The position numbers and the translations under genes are program-made. From Ferroglobus placidus DSM 10642 (GTDB lineage Archaea > Halobacteriota > Archaeoglobi > Archaeoglobales > Archaeoglobaceae), in assembly GCF_000025505.1 (NCBI RefSeq), contig NC_013849.1:2040001-2072000 (forward strand): a stretch of 32,000 nucleotides of DNA, given 5' to 3'. This document shows positions 1 through 9,394 of this stretch, one piece after another (positions within the stretch are counted from its first letter, which is position 1; the number at the start of each line of letters is the position of its first letter). The notes below the pieces were generated by a model. That model saw nothing but the letters and a program-made list of their open reading frames with translations. It was not told the DNA's origin and did not search any database.

Positions 1-108
1 TGAAAATTTCCTCGTCGCTGTAAGCTTTTCCCTCTCTTATCACGTATCATGATGTTTCGCTGTCTTGTTATTAACGGTTACCCATTTCCAGCTAAAAACT
101 TAGAAAGA

Positions 109-118
109 TTTTTATAAT
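109..118 (+). promoter_or_regulatory. Candidate archaeal TATA box upstream of cooS
   Basis: AT-rich 'tttttataat' preceded by a purine-rich stretch (agaaaga), 140 bp upstream of the cooS start. Visual call only. Confidence 0.3.
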
Positions 119-258
119 GCTTCGAACAACAAACATGTAGCAGTTCATACTATAATTTTATTTAATGAAATTCTCAATTTATCATTATTAATTACAATTA
201 TGTTTATCCGAAAATATTAGGGGAATATATCTTGTGCAGCAAAATTTGAAATTCGAAC

Positions 259-2142
259 ATGATAAGTTACCACGAGACAGTAAACGAAATGTACGAGAGG
301 GTTAGGGAAGAGGAACTGAGTAACGTCGCGGACAGATACGAGGCGCAGAAATTAAAGTGCTCCTTCTGCGCTCAGGGTTTGAGCTGCCAGCTTTGCACAA
401 TGGGTCCCTGCAGGCTTAGCGATCTAAATCCCTTTGGAGCTTGTGGACTGACGAAAGCTGGAGTAGCTGTCAGAAATTTCGTTCACAGAAACATTCTCGG
501 AGCTTCAGCCTACACCTACCATGCCATTGAGGCTGCAAAGACTCTTAAGGCAACGGCTGAAGGTAAAACTCCCTTCGAAATTAGGGATGTGGAGAAGCTG
601 AAGTGGTTCGCAGAACAGCTTGGGATAGACACGAGCAAAGATGTAAAAGAGATAGCCAAAGAAGTGGCTGATTTTGTGATTAAAGATCTGAGCTCTCACG
701 AGAAGAGCAAGCTTGTGGAAATTTTCGCTCCAAAGAAAAGGCTTGAAGTTTGGGAAAAGCTTGGATTAATTCCAGATGGTGTTTTTCAGGAGTTACTCAC
801 CGCAGCAACTTCCGCTATGACCAATGTAGACTCAAATTACGTCAGTCTGGCTAAGAAGGCTATGAGAATGAGTATTTCAACGATTCTGGCTGCTCAGCTT
901 TCCCTCGAAATAATTCAAGACGTACTTTTCGGAACTCCAACGCCGCATGAGGCTTACGTAGATCTGGGTATTCTCGATCCCGACTACGTGAATATCGTTG
1001 TAAACGGGCACGAGCCTTTCGTTGGAATGGCTCTCATAAAGCTTGCGGAGAGAGAAGACGTTCAGAGAAAGGCAATTGAAGCTGGGGCTAAAGGTTTGAG
1101 AATAGTCGGTTCGATAGAGACTGGACAGGAAATTCTTCAGCGAGTGGAATCTCCTGTCTTCGTCGGTCTGACGGGAAACTGGATTACCCAAGAATTCCTA
1201 CTTGCCACCGGAGCAGTTGATGTGTTTGCCGCAGACATGAACTGCACGGTGCCGAGAATAGTGGACTATCAAGAGAAATTTAAATTCAAAATAGTTCCGG
1301 TAAGCAAATTAATCAGACTCGAAGGAATCGACAGCGGACTCGATTACGAGCCGGAAAAAGTTGAAGAAATTGCGAAGAAGATTATCGACCTGGCTATAGA
1401 AACCTTCAAGGAAAGAAGAAAGAGCGTCGAGCCGAGAGTTCCAAAGAGAAAGCAGAAGGTTCTCGTAGGATTCTCAACTGAAGCCATTCTTAAAGCTTTG
1501 GACAACGATCTCGGAAAGCTTGTAGAGGCTATAAAAAGCGGAGCCATAAAAGGGGTAGTCGCTTTAGTTAGCTGTGCAACACTGAAAAATGGAAAGCAGG
1601 ATGAAAACACCGTCACAGTTGCTAAAGAACTGATTAAGAGAGACATACTCGTGCTATCGATGGGTTGCGGAAATGCTGCTTTGCAAGTAGCTGGATTAAC
1701 GAGCTTGGATGCTATTAAAGAGGCTGGCGAGGGACTCAGAAAAGTTTGCGAAAGTCTTGGAATTCCTCCAGTCCTCAGCTTTGGAACCTGCACGGACACC
1801 GGAAGACTTGCTTACCTCGTTAAAGTTCTGGCGGATTACTTGGGAGTGGACATTCCCCAGCTTCCGATAGCAGCTACGGCTCCAGAATACATGGAGCAAA
1901 AGGCTACGATCGATGCAATATTTGCGATAGCCTACGGAGTAACAACCCATGTCTCTCCAGTTCCACCGATAACCGGAAGCGAAGAGGCTGTCAAACTTCT
2001 TACTGAGGATGTCGAAAAACTGACGGGAGGAAAAGTCATCGTGGAGGAAGATCCGGTAAAAGCCGCTGAAAAGATATACGAAGCGATAATGGAGAAAAGA
2101 AGAGAACTCGGACTTGAGGTTGAGGTTAAAACGAAGAAGTAA
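259..2142 (+). CDS. cooS: Anaerobic carbon-monoxide dehydrogenase, catalytic subunit (Ni-Fe-S hybrid cluster protein family)
   Basis: 627 aa ORF with the N-terminal Cys motif 'CSFCAQGLSCQLCTMGPCRL', and 'MNCTVPRIVD', 'LVSCATLKNGKQDENTV', 'MGCGNAALQ', 'SFGTCTDTGR' typical of CooS. Confidence 0.95.
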   Translation: MISYHETVNEMYERVREEELSNVADRYEAQKLKCSFCAQGLSCQLCTMGPCRLSDLNPFGACGLTKAGVAVRNFVHRNILGASAYTYHAIEAAKTLKATAEGKTPFEIRDVEKLKWFAEQLGIDTSKDVKEIAKEVADFVIKDLSSHEKSKLVEIFAPKKRLEVWEKLGLIPDGVFQELLTAATSAMTNVDSNYVSLAKKAMRMSISTILAAQLSLEIIQDVLFGTPTPHEAYVDLGILDPDYVNIVVNGHEPFVGMALIKLAEREDVQRKAIEAGAKGLRIVGSIETGQEILQRVESPVFVGLTGNWITQEFLLATGAVDVFAADMNCTVPRIVDYQEKFKFKIVPVSKLIRLEGIDSGLDYEPEKVEEIAKKIIDLAIETFKERRKSVEPRVPKRKQKVLVGFSTEAILKALDNDLGKLVEAIKSGAIKGVVALVSCATLKNGKQDENTVTVAKELIKRDILVLSMGCGNAALQVAGLTSLDAIKEAGEGLRKVCESLGIPPVLSFGTCTDTGRLAYLVKVLADYLGVDIPQLPIAATAPEYMEQKATIDAIFAIAYGVTTHVSPVPPITGSEEAVKLLTEDVEKLTGGKVIVEEDPVKAAEKIYEAIMEKRRELGLEVEVKTKK

Positions 2143-2250
2143 TTTTTCCCATTTTTTATCGTCCCAACAATTGGTTTATGAGGGTGCGTCCAAGCGTAGG
2201 TTGACAATAACTTAATCGTTACAGAATTAAGGATGGGGAAAGTTTACTAA

Positions 2251-2322
2251 CTCTGGGATTTAGATAAGAGAGCAGGCATAATCTGTTACACGCCCGAAGA
2301 GTTTGAAGAAAAGAAAAATTAA
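2251..2322 (+). pseudogene. C-terminal remnant of a minimal (MNT-type) nucleotidyltransferase
   Basis: Frame read directly: LWDLDKRAGIICYTPEEFEEKKN*. 'CYTPEEFEEKK' resembles the conserved tail of archaeal MNT nucleotidyltransferases. No upstream coding part remains. Confidence 0.45.
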
Positions 2323-2388
2323 TTCCCTCGTTTTCGTTGACTTTCCGAAGAAGGAGAAGAGAACGTTTGTGTTAACCACCAGAAATGT
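2320..2388 (-). pseudogene. N-terminal remnant of a PIN-domain (VapC-like) toxin overlapping the end of its antitoxin gene
   Basis: Minus-strand frame TFLVVNTNVLFSFFGKSTKTRELIF matches the PIN N-terminus (VDTNVLFSFF..SxTREL), then runs into unrelated sequence. Confidence 0.6.
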
Positions 2389-2599
2389 ATCTTTTTTCAA
2401 GGTATTCGCCCCTGCCTTTCTTTGCCTTTCTCCCAAGCTCTACTGCATCGTCCTCAGTAAGTTCGGAATTTTTCAGCAATTCGTTTACCCATCTCAGCTC
2501 GTCTATTCTACCTACTACAATCTCGGCGATGCGTTTAGCTACCTCCTCGCTCACGTTTGGAGGAACTTTGATTTTGATTTCCATTGCATTCACTTTCAA
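2372..2599 (-). CDS. Small antitoxin-like protein, partner of the truncated PIN toxin
   Basis: 75 aa (MKVNAMEIKIKVPPNVSEEVAKRIAEIVVGRIDELRWVNELLKNSELTEDDAVELGRKAKKGRGEYLEKRYISGG). Its 3' end overlaps the PIN fragment out of frame, a typical VapBC arrangement. Confidence 0.6.
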   Translation of the reverse strand: MKVNAMEIKIKVPPNVSEEVAKRIAEIVVGRIDELRWVNELLKNSELTEDDAVELGRKAKKGRGEYLEKRYISGG

Positions 2600-2658
2600 C
2601 TTGCGATTATTAAAATCTTCTCCCCTTTCTTAAGAAGAGAGAAAAGATGACATCCGAT

Positions 2659-3000
2659 CTAAATTTTTAACCGCCTGAGCTTTTCTATTCCTGCTCTTAG
2701 CCTCTCTTCTTCTTTCATCTCAGCCAGTTTTCTCAGCTCTCTTTCTACGTCAAGCTCCTGTCCGATTAAGTTTTCCTGCTCCATCGGATCTCTTCTGATG
2801 TTGTATAACTCATCTTCTCTGTCCGGATTGACTATCAGCTTCCACTCCTCATCTCTCACCGTAACTCTGTAACCTTCTTCGAGTTTGTTCTCGACTATCG
2901 GTGGTGTGTATTCGACATCCTCAAGCAAGATTGGCTGAAGAAACTTTGTAATTAAGGCAAAACTGACGAGGAAAGAACATGAAAAATTTTTTCGCTGCAT
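2659..3000 (-). pseudogene. Sulfatase / alkaline-phosphatase superfamily C-terminal fragment
   Basis: EEGYRVTVRDEEWKLIVNPDREDELYNIRRDPMEQENLIGQELDVERELRKLAEMKEEERLRAGIEKLRRLKI* is a sulfatase C-terminal signature (xWKLIxNxxxxxELYNIxxDPxExxNL). The catalytic N-terminal domain is absent and the first ~20 aa look like read-through. Confidence 0.75.
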
Positions 3001-3009
3001 TTTAAATCA

Positions 3010-4785
3010 TTACTCGACGGTGACGCTTTTAGCCAAGTTTCTTGGCTTGTCTATTTCGCATCCTCTTTCTCTTGCGGTGTAATAGGCTAATAGCTGCAAA
3101 GCAACCGAATGAGTAACTGCTGAAAATATCGGATTTGTCTTCGGAACTCTTATAACAAAGTCAGCATACTTCTCTACTTCTTTATCCTCTTCATCTGCAA
3201 CGACAACGACAATCGAATCTCTCGCTTTCACCTCTTTTATGTTATTTAGCATGATTTCGTAGGTGTGGTCTCTAACTAAACTCGCCACAACCGGAGTTTT
3301 TTCTCCAAGCAAAGCGAATGGTCCATGCTTTAGCTCTCCAGCCGGATAACCTTCAGCGTGAATGTAGGAGACCTCTTTCATTTTTAGAGCTCCTTCAAGT
3401 GCTACGGGTCCTCCAACCTCCCTTCCTATATATATTAGATTCTCGTACTTTGCCAAAAGCTTCGAAATTCTCTCAATTTCCTCCTTGCTATCGAGTATTC
3501 TCTTCACAACTTCTGGGAGAAGTCTCAGTTCTTTAAGAAGTTCTACTTTCTCGGATCTCGGAATGTGAGAGAGCTTTAAAGTTATCAAATACAAAACTAC
3601 CAGCTGGGCGATGAATGACTTCGTAGCAGCAACGCTTATCTCCGGACCAGCTCTCGTGTAAAGTACGAAGTCAGCAATTCTCGTGGCTGTGCTTCCGAGA
3701 ACATTTGTTATCGTCAGAACTTTAGCTCCTCTCTTTTTCGCTATCCTCATAGCTTCAAGCGTATCTGCAGTTTCTCCAGACTGGGTTATGCTGATAACAA
3801 GAGTCCTTCCCGTCGGAGGTTGATGATAAATGAATTCAGAAGCGTATTCAACTTTAGCAGAAATATCAGCAAGTTTTTCTATGAAGTATTTTCCAATCAG
3901 ACAGGCGTGATAGGATGTTCCGCATGCGACGAAAACTATTTCGGAAACTCCAAACGCAAAGCTGGCGTCGATCGTAATTTCATCGTCCAAATATTCAGAA
4001 AGCGTATCTTCGATGACTCTTGGTGTTTCGTGAATTTCTTTAAGCATGAAGTGCTCGTAACCACCTTTTTCCGCATCCTCTATGCTCCACGGGATTATCT
4101 CAATCTTCCTGTCAATCTCCTTTCCGTCGTGGAAGATTGTATAACCACCATTGTGAATTCGCAATACATCCCCATCTTCAAGGTAAACGACTCTCTTCGT
4201 GTAATCAAGAATTGCCGGGACGTCCGAGGCTATTATGTACTCCTCATCTCCCACCCCCAAAACGAGGGGACTTTTGTGTCTTGCAGCAACGAGTTCATCC
4301 TTCTCGGCATGCAAAGCCACTATGGCGTAAGAACCTCTAACTTTTTCCAGAGCTTTCATCACCGCACTCAACAAATCTCCGCTGTAGTTTTCCTCGATCA
4401 AATGGGCAATAACTTCCGTATCTGTTTCAGACTTAAAAACATGCCCCCTTTTTTCCAACTCCTCTTTAAGAGACTGGAAGTTTGAGATTATGCCGTTGTG
4501 AACGATAGCTATCTTTCCACTGCAGTCCGTATGGGGATGAGCGTTTTTCTCGGAAGGTTTTCCGTGGGTAGCCCACCTCGTGTGACCGATTCCTATCTTT
4601 CCGTTACCAACATCGTAAGCTTCAACGTCTCCGATTGCTCCAACCTTTTTGATCAATTTTAATTCGTTTCCTTCTTTAACGGCGACTCCCCAAGAATCGT
4701 AGCCACGATATTCAAGCCTTTTGAGGGAGGAAATTATGACGCTGTCAGCTTTTCTAAAACCAATGTATCCAACTATCCCGCACAT
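3010..4785 (-). CDS. glmS: Glutamine--fructose-6-phosphate aminotransferase (isomerizing)
   Basis: 591 aa with N-terminal MCGIVGYIG (Cys2 Ntn amidotransferase), two SIS domains, and C-terminal NLAKSVTVE. Confidence 0.97.
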   Translation of the reverse strand: MCGIVGYIGFRKADSVIISSLKRLEYRGYDSWGVAVKEGNELKLIKKVGAIGDVEAYDVGNGKIGIGHTRWATHGKPSEKNAHPHTDCSGKIAIVHNGIISNFQSLKEELEKRGHVFKSETDTEVIAHLIEENYSGDLLSAVMKALEKVRGSYAIVALHAEKDELVAARHKSPLVLGVGDEEYIIASDVPAILDYTKRVVYLEDGDVLRIHNGGYTIFHDGKEIDRKIEIIPWSIEDAEKGGYEHFMLKEIHETPRVIEDTLSEYLDDEITIDASFAFGVSEIVFVACGTSYHACLIGKYFIEKLADISAKVEYASEFIYHQPPTGRTLVISITQSGETADTLEAMRIAKKRGAKVLTITNVLGSTATRIADFVLYTRAGPEISVAATKSFIAQLVVLYLITLKLSHIPRSEKVELLKELRLLPEVVKRILDSKEEIERISKLLAKYENLIYIGREVGGPVALEGALKMKEVSYIHAEGYPAGELKHGPFALLGEKTPVVASLVRDHTYEIMLNNIKEVKARDSIVVVVADEEDKEVEKYADFVIRVPKTNPIFSAVTHSVALQLLAYYTARERGCEIDKPRNLAKSVTVE

Positions 4786-5958
4786 TCACAACACCTTCGC
4801 CACATCATCAATCTTTCCGCAGATAACTTTCAGCGGAGCGATCTCGCATCTATTGCCTATAACTGCTCCACCTCTCAAAACGCTACCAGCTCCTATTTTG
4901 CACCCTTCACCAACGAACGCTCCAGATTTTACTTTGCGAAGCTCGCCATCCACTTTTACCTCGGCGCTCTCGCTTATAGTAACAATTTTCGGCTCAAATA
5001 TCGTTCCAGAATCGATCACTGAATCTCTAACGTAGCTATCAGCTCCAATAACAACGTTCTCCCCGATAACGCAGTTTTCAATTCTGCAGAACTCTTCCAC
5101 TTTTGTGTTATCTCCTATTGAGGTGGAGGGAAGAATTACGCTGTTAGCTCCTATCTCGGAGTTCACTCCTATAATAACGGGACCTTTTATGAAAGATCCG
5201 CTCCTGATTATACTTCCCTCACCAATGACAACATCTCCAACAATTGTTACTCCGCTCTCTACTTTTCCGGCTATACTCTTCCCTTTATGTTTCAAAGCAA
5301 GATCGTTAACCTTCAGAATATCCCAAGGATAAACAATATCGAGCCAAAGTCCTTTGCTTTCCACGGTAAAGAAATCAATTCCGCTTTCGATCATCACGTT
5401 AACGACGTTAGTAAGGTCTCTCTCGTCTCCTATAAATTCGAAAATCCTATCATCGAGCAAATATATTCCAGTGCTTGCGAGATAACTTACTTCCTCCTCT
5501 GGTTTTTCGATTATCCTCTTTACTTTTCCATTTTCAACCTCCAAAACCCCGTACTTTGTCGGCTCTTCAACCACTTTGTAAACAACCGAAAACGTGTCGT
5601 AGGATAAAACGTCTTTTAGAGTTTCCGAATCGATAATGTTGTCCCCCGGAAGCACGAGGAATTTTCCTTCAACGAGATCTTTTGCCTGTTTTAAAGCGTG
5701 AGCTGTTCCAAGCTGCTGTTTCTGTGTAACGTACTCGATTTTCACACCAAATTTCTCACCGTTGCCGAAGTAATCTATCACCCTCTCCTTTTTGTAACCA
5801 ACTACCATTACGATCTCTCTTATTCCAGCTTCCTTTAGAGCGTCAACGACGTACTCCAGAATTGGTTTGTTCCCGACTTTTATCATAACCTTCGGTTTGT
5901 TAGCCGTAAAAGGGCGCAGCCTCTGCCCTTCTCCCGCTGCAAGAATAACAGCCTTCAT
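4786..5958 (-). CDS. glmU: GlmU-like bifunctional sugar-1-phosphate nucleotidylyltransferase / acetyltransferase
   Basis: 390 aa, MKAVILAAGEGQRLRPFTANKPKVMIKVGNKPILEYVVDAL plus a C-terminal left-handed beta-helix (hexapeptide) domain. Directly abuts glmS. Confidence 0.85.
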   Translation of the reverse strand: MKAVILAAGEGQRLRPFTANKPKVMIKVGNKPILEYVVDALKEAGIREIVMVVGYKKERVIDYFGNGEKFGVKIEYVTQKQQLGTAHALKQAKDLVEGKFLVLPGDNIIDSETLKDVLSYDTFSVVYKVVEEPTKYGVLEVENGKVKRIIEKPEEEVSYLASTGIYLLDDRIFEFIGDERDLTNVVNVMIESGIDFFTVESKGLWLDIVYPWDILKVNDLALKHKGKSIAGKVESGVTIVGDVVIGEGSIIRSGSFIKGPVIIGVNSEIGANSVILPSTSIGDNTKVEEFCRIENCVIGENVVIGADSYVRDSVIDSGTIFEPKIVTISESAEVKVDGELRKVKSGAFVGEGCKIGAGSVLRGGAVIGNRCEIAPLKVICGKIDDVAKVL

Positions 5959-5967
5959 ACAAACACC

Positions 5968-7176
5968 TCAAAATATGACGGAATTTGGCTCAACGTAACC
6001 GTCAACAACAGCTCCCGGGGCTATGAAAACGTTATTACCGATCATGGATCCGACGTTAATCGAGACGTTGATTCCGGTCTTAACGTTATCTCCGATTACT
6101 GCTCCGAATTTCTTTCTACCGGTTTTTACAACTTTTCCCTTAACAGCTACGCTTATCTCTCTCTCATCAAGCCTCAAATTCGCTATCTTCGTCCCGGCTC
6201 CAAGATTGCAGTTCTCCCCGATTATCGAATCTCCTACGTAGTTGTGGTGAGGTGCGTTCGAATTTCTCATGATTATCGAGTTTTTTACTTCTACAGCATT
6301 TCCCACATGGCAGTTATCGCCGATGGACGTGTAGGGGCGAATGTAACAGTTTGGTCCGATTTTACAGTTTTTTCCTATGATCGTTGGACCTACGATGTAA
6401 GCTCCGCTCATAACAACGCTCCCCTCTCCTATCACGACGTTACCCTTTATCACAGCCCCCTCTTCAACCTCACCTTCAATCCTTCTCTCGATTCCAGAAA
6501 GGAGGATTTTGTTCGCCTCAAGCAGGTCCCAAGGGTAGCCGACGTCAATCCATTTCTCTATTTCAACAGCTTTAAATTTCAAACCTCTTTTAACAGCTGC
6601 CGTTATCGGGTCGGTTATCTCGTATTCGCCTCTAACGGAAAGTTTCGTCTCTCTGACAAACTTCAAAATCTCATCGGTAAATACGTAAATTCCAGCATTT
6701 ATAAGGTTTGTCGGTGGGACATCGGGCTTTTCGATAATTTTCTTAACAAAACCTTCTTCAACTTCGACAACCCCGTAATTTTCCGGATTCTCAACTTTTT
6801 TCACAGCTATTGCCAAATCGTGATCGAGAAGCTTTTTTATTTCATCAGCAAAAACAATTGTGTCTCCGTTCAGCATGAGAAATCTTTCTTCAAGTAGATG
6901 CTCAGCAGACAATAAAGCGTGGGCTGTACCAAGCTGTTTAGCTTGCCTGACATATCTTATCCTAGCTCCTTTAAACCTCTCTCCAAAGTATTCTCTAATC
7001 GTCTCTTCTCTATATCCAACTACCAGAACGACCTCGTCTATTCCAGCATTAACGAGGTTTTCGATGGTGTGGTGAAGAATCGGTTTGTTCGCTACGGGAA
7101 GCATCACTTTTGGCTTCGTATACGTCAAAGGACGCATTCTCGTTCCTTCTCCGGCTGCCAGAACTACTGCCTGCAC
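5968..7176 (-). CDS. Second GlmU-like bifunctional nucleotidylyltransferase / acetyltransferase (paralog)
   Basis: 402 aa, MQAVVLAAGEGTRMRPLTYTKPKVMLPVANKPILHHTIENL plus hexapeptide repeats, including MRNSNAPHHNYVGDSIIGENCNLGAGTKIANLR, a GlmU acetyltransferase motif. Confidence 0.85.
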   Translation of the reverse strand: MQAVVLAAGEGTRMRPLTYTKPKVMLPVANKPILHHTIENLVNAGIDEVVLVVGYREETIREYFGERFKGARIRYVRQAKQLGTAHALLSAEHLLEERFLMLNGDTIVFADEIKKLLDHDLAIAVKKVENPENYGVVEVEEGFVKKIIEKPDVPPTNLINAGIYVFTDEILKFVRETKLSVRGEYEITDPITAAVKRGLKFKAVEIEKWIDVGYPWDLLEANKILLSGIERRIEGEVEEGAVIKGNVVIGEGSVVMSGAYIVGPTIIGKNCKIGPNCYIRPYTSIGDNCHVGNAVEVKNSIIMRNSNAPHHNYVGDSIIGENCNLGAGTKIANLRLDEREISVAVKGKVVKTGRKKFGAVIGDNVKTGINVSINVGSMIGNNVFIAPGAVVDGYVEPNSVIF

Positions 7177-7261
7177 AAATTATACTTATTGACTCAACAA
7201 TTATAAAGACCTTGCCCTAAAGATGAAATTATAAGTTTAAAAATAAATGTGAGGAGGTCAA
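7177..7261. promoter_or_regulatory. Divergent promoter region between the glm operon (-) and the wbp-like operon (+)
   Basis: 85-bp AT-rich gap. Minus strand contains CTTTATAATTG, plus strand 'attataagtttaaaaata', and 'ggaggt' lies just before the 7262 ATG as a candidate RBS. Confidence 0.5.
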
Positions 7262-8347
7262 ATGATACCCGTAGCAACACCCATGATTGGTGAGGAGGAA
7301 ATTCAGGAAGTTGTAGAAGTCCTGAAATCTGGAATGATCGCTCAAGGAAAGCGTGTGGAGGAGTTTGAAAAGCTGTTTTCTGAGTACGTTGGAGTTGATT
7401 TTGCAGTAGCAGTGTCAAACGGCACAGCTGCTCTGGACATCGCTTTAAAAGCCTGCGGGATTGGAGAAGGAGATGAAGTTATAACGACGCCTTTCACATT
7501 CATAGCATCAGCCAACGCTATACTTTTCCAGAGAGCAAAGCCTGTTTTTGCCGACATTGAAGAAGACACATACAACATAAATCCGGAAGATGTTGTCGAA
7601 AAAATTACCCCGAGAACGAAAGCCATTATCGGAGTGCATCTCTTTGGACAGCCTTTCGATTTGAAATCAATTCTCGAAATCTGCGAGGATCACAATCTAA
7701 TTTTAATAGAGGACTGCGCTCAAGCCCACGGAGCTGAGTATGACGGAAAAAAGGTGGGAAGCTTCGGAGTTGGATGCTTTTCGTTTTACGCAACGAAGAA
7801 CATGACCACAGCGGAGGGTGGAATGATAACATCCAACGATGAAAGAATTGCAAAACTTTGTAAACTCTTGAGAAGCCACGGAGAAAGCAAAAAATACTTC
7901 CACGAAATTCTCGGGCATAACATGAGAATGACTGACATTCAGGCGGCCATAGGAATCGTACAGTTGAAAAAGCTTGACTGGATGAACGAGAGGAGAAGGA
8001 AAAACGCCGAATATTACAACAAAAATATTAAGGTTGAGGGTTTGAGGAAACCGAAAGAAAAGTACGGAAAACACGTTTACCATCAGTACGTTTTGTATCT
8101 CGAAGAAGATTTTCCGATGAGCAGGAACGAATTTTCACGGTATTTGGCGGAAAAAGGGATTAGTAACGCGGTACATTATCCAAAGCCGGTTTATCTGCAA
8201 CCACTCTACAAAAAACTGGGGTACGAAGAAGGGTTGTGTCCAGTGGCTGAAGAGACGGCGAAAAGGGTAATAAGTATTCCTGTGCATCCTTTACTGACAA
8301 GGAATGAACTTGAATACATCGTGATGACAATTAACAAAGTTATATGA
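7262..8347 (+). CDS. DegT/DnrJ/EryC1 PLP-dependent sugar aminotransferase (WbpE/WlbC-like)
   Basis: 361 aa; MIPVATPMIGEEEIQEVVEVLKSGMIAQGKRVEEFE, AVSNGTAALDIAL, EDCAQAHGAEYDGKKVGSFG, SFYATKNMTTAEGG. Confidence 0.9.
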   Translation: MIPVATPMIGEEEIQEVVEVLKSGMIAQGKRVEEFEKLFSEYVGVDFAVAVSNGTAALDIALKACGIGEGDEVITTPFTFIASANAILFQRAKPVFADIEEDTYNINPEDVVEKITPRTKAIIGVHLFGQPFDLKSILEICEDHNLILIEDCAQAHGAEYDGKKVGSFGVGCFSFYATKNMTTAEGGMITSNDERIAKLCKLLRSHGESKKYFHEILGHNMRMTDIQAAIGIVQLKKLDWMNERRRKNAEYYNKNIKVEGLRKPKEKYGKHVYHQYVLYLEEDFPMSRNEFSRYLAEKGISNAVHYPKPVYLQPLYKKLGYEEGLCPVAEETAKRVISIPVHPLLTRNELEYIVMTINKVI

Positions 8348-8431
8348 TAATGATGACAATAATAAACTAAATTTTTCTGTATAGAAAAAGTTAAATACAG
8401 TAATTTCATTATTTTAATTATCAAGTCGTTA

Positions 8432-9394
8432 TTGATATTGAAACTTGAAGGAGGTTTGGTGCAGCACAGAATGATATTTGGGGTTTTGGGAGTAGGAGTA
8501 ATGGGGAAAAACCACGTTAGGGTTTTGAACGAGATAAAAAAAGTCGACGAGGTTGTCATTTACGATGCAAAAGATGAGAGGGTTAAAGAAGTTTCAAAAG
8601 AATTTGAGGTGACACCAGCGGCTTCGTTTGAAGAGTTTTTGAGCTATTGTGATGCAATTTCAATCTGCACGCCAACTTCTCAGCATTACGAGCATATAGC
8701 AAGATGCCTGAAAAACGGTAGGAGAGATAAATCGATATTTGTAGAAAAGCCGATAGCTTCCTGCTACAAGGAGGGTTTAGGGATTCTAAAGTTAATAAAA
8801 GGGAAAGAGCTCGTTTTCGGAGTAGGACACATAGAGCGATTCAATCCGATAATCAGAGAAATCTGCGATTTAGATGTGGAGATAGAGTATGTAGACATAA
8901 AAAGACACAATCCTTCTTCTTCAAGAGTAACCGACACGACCGTTGTTGAAGATTTAATGATACATGATATTGACATAGTTTTTAACGTGCTGTTACCAAA
9001 CAAAGACTTCAGACTTTCTGCAAGCGGAAACAAGAATATAATGCATATTCTTGCAAAGTTTGACGATACTGTAGTTTCCCTTTCAGCCAGTAGAATTTCC
9101 TCAAAGAAGATAAGAAAAATACACATCGAAAACCACAACCTGACTATCGAAGGAGATTACATGGATCAAGAGCTTTACATATTCAGAGGTCCTCAGATAT
9201 ATCGGACTGTAAACGAAAAATACGTTCAGGAAAATGTGATGGAGAAGGTGCTTATAAACAAAGTTGAACCACTGAAAGTTGAACTAAAATCATTTGTCGA
9301 TTGCGTTAACAGCGGAGAAGATTTCTCCGTCACAGCTGAACAAGCTGTAAACAACTTAAGAATATGTGAGCTCATATGGAAGAAAGCACGTTAG
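8432..9394 (+). CDS. Gfo/Idh/MocA-family sugar oxidoreductase (WbpB/WlbA-like)
   Basis: 320 aa with Rossmann GVLGVGVMGKNHVRVL and EKPIA motif. The true start is probably the internal MIFGVLGVGVMGKNH. Position in a wbp-like operon supports the assignment. Confidence 0.85.
   Translation: MILKLEGGLVQHRMIFGVLGVGVMGKNHVRVLNEIKKVDEVVIYDAKDERVKEVSKEFEVTPAASFEEFLSYCDAISICTPTSQHYEHIARCLKNGRRDKSIFVEKPIASCYKEGLGILKLIKGKELVFGVGHIERFNPIIREICDLDVEIEYVDIKRHNPSSSRVTDTTVVEDLMIHDIDIVFNVLLPNKDFRLSASGNKNIMHILAKFDDTVVSLSASRISSKKIRKIHIENHNLTIEGDYMDQELYIFRGPQIYRTVNEKYVQENVMEKVLINKVEPLKVELKSFVDCVNSGEDFSVTAEQAVNNLRICELIWKKAR

Noticed and set aside
877-1950. Long antisense ORFs across cooS (877..1191, 1344..1799, 1696..1950)
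   Set aside because: They lie opposite a strongly supported cooS gene and have no recognisable motifs; spurious antisense frames.
3820-4485. 221-aa plus-strand ORF opposite glmS
   Set aside because: Fully antisense to a clear glmS and with atypical composition; the glmS frame explains the sequence.
6244-6897. 217-aa plus-strand ORF opposite the first GlmU-like gene
   Set aside because: Antisense shadow of a well-supported gene.
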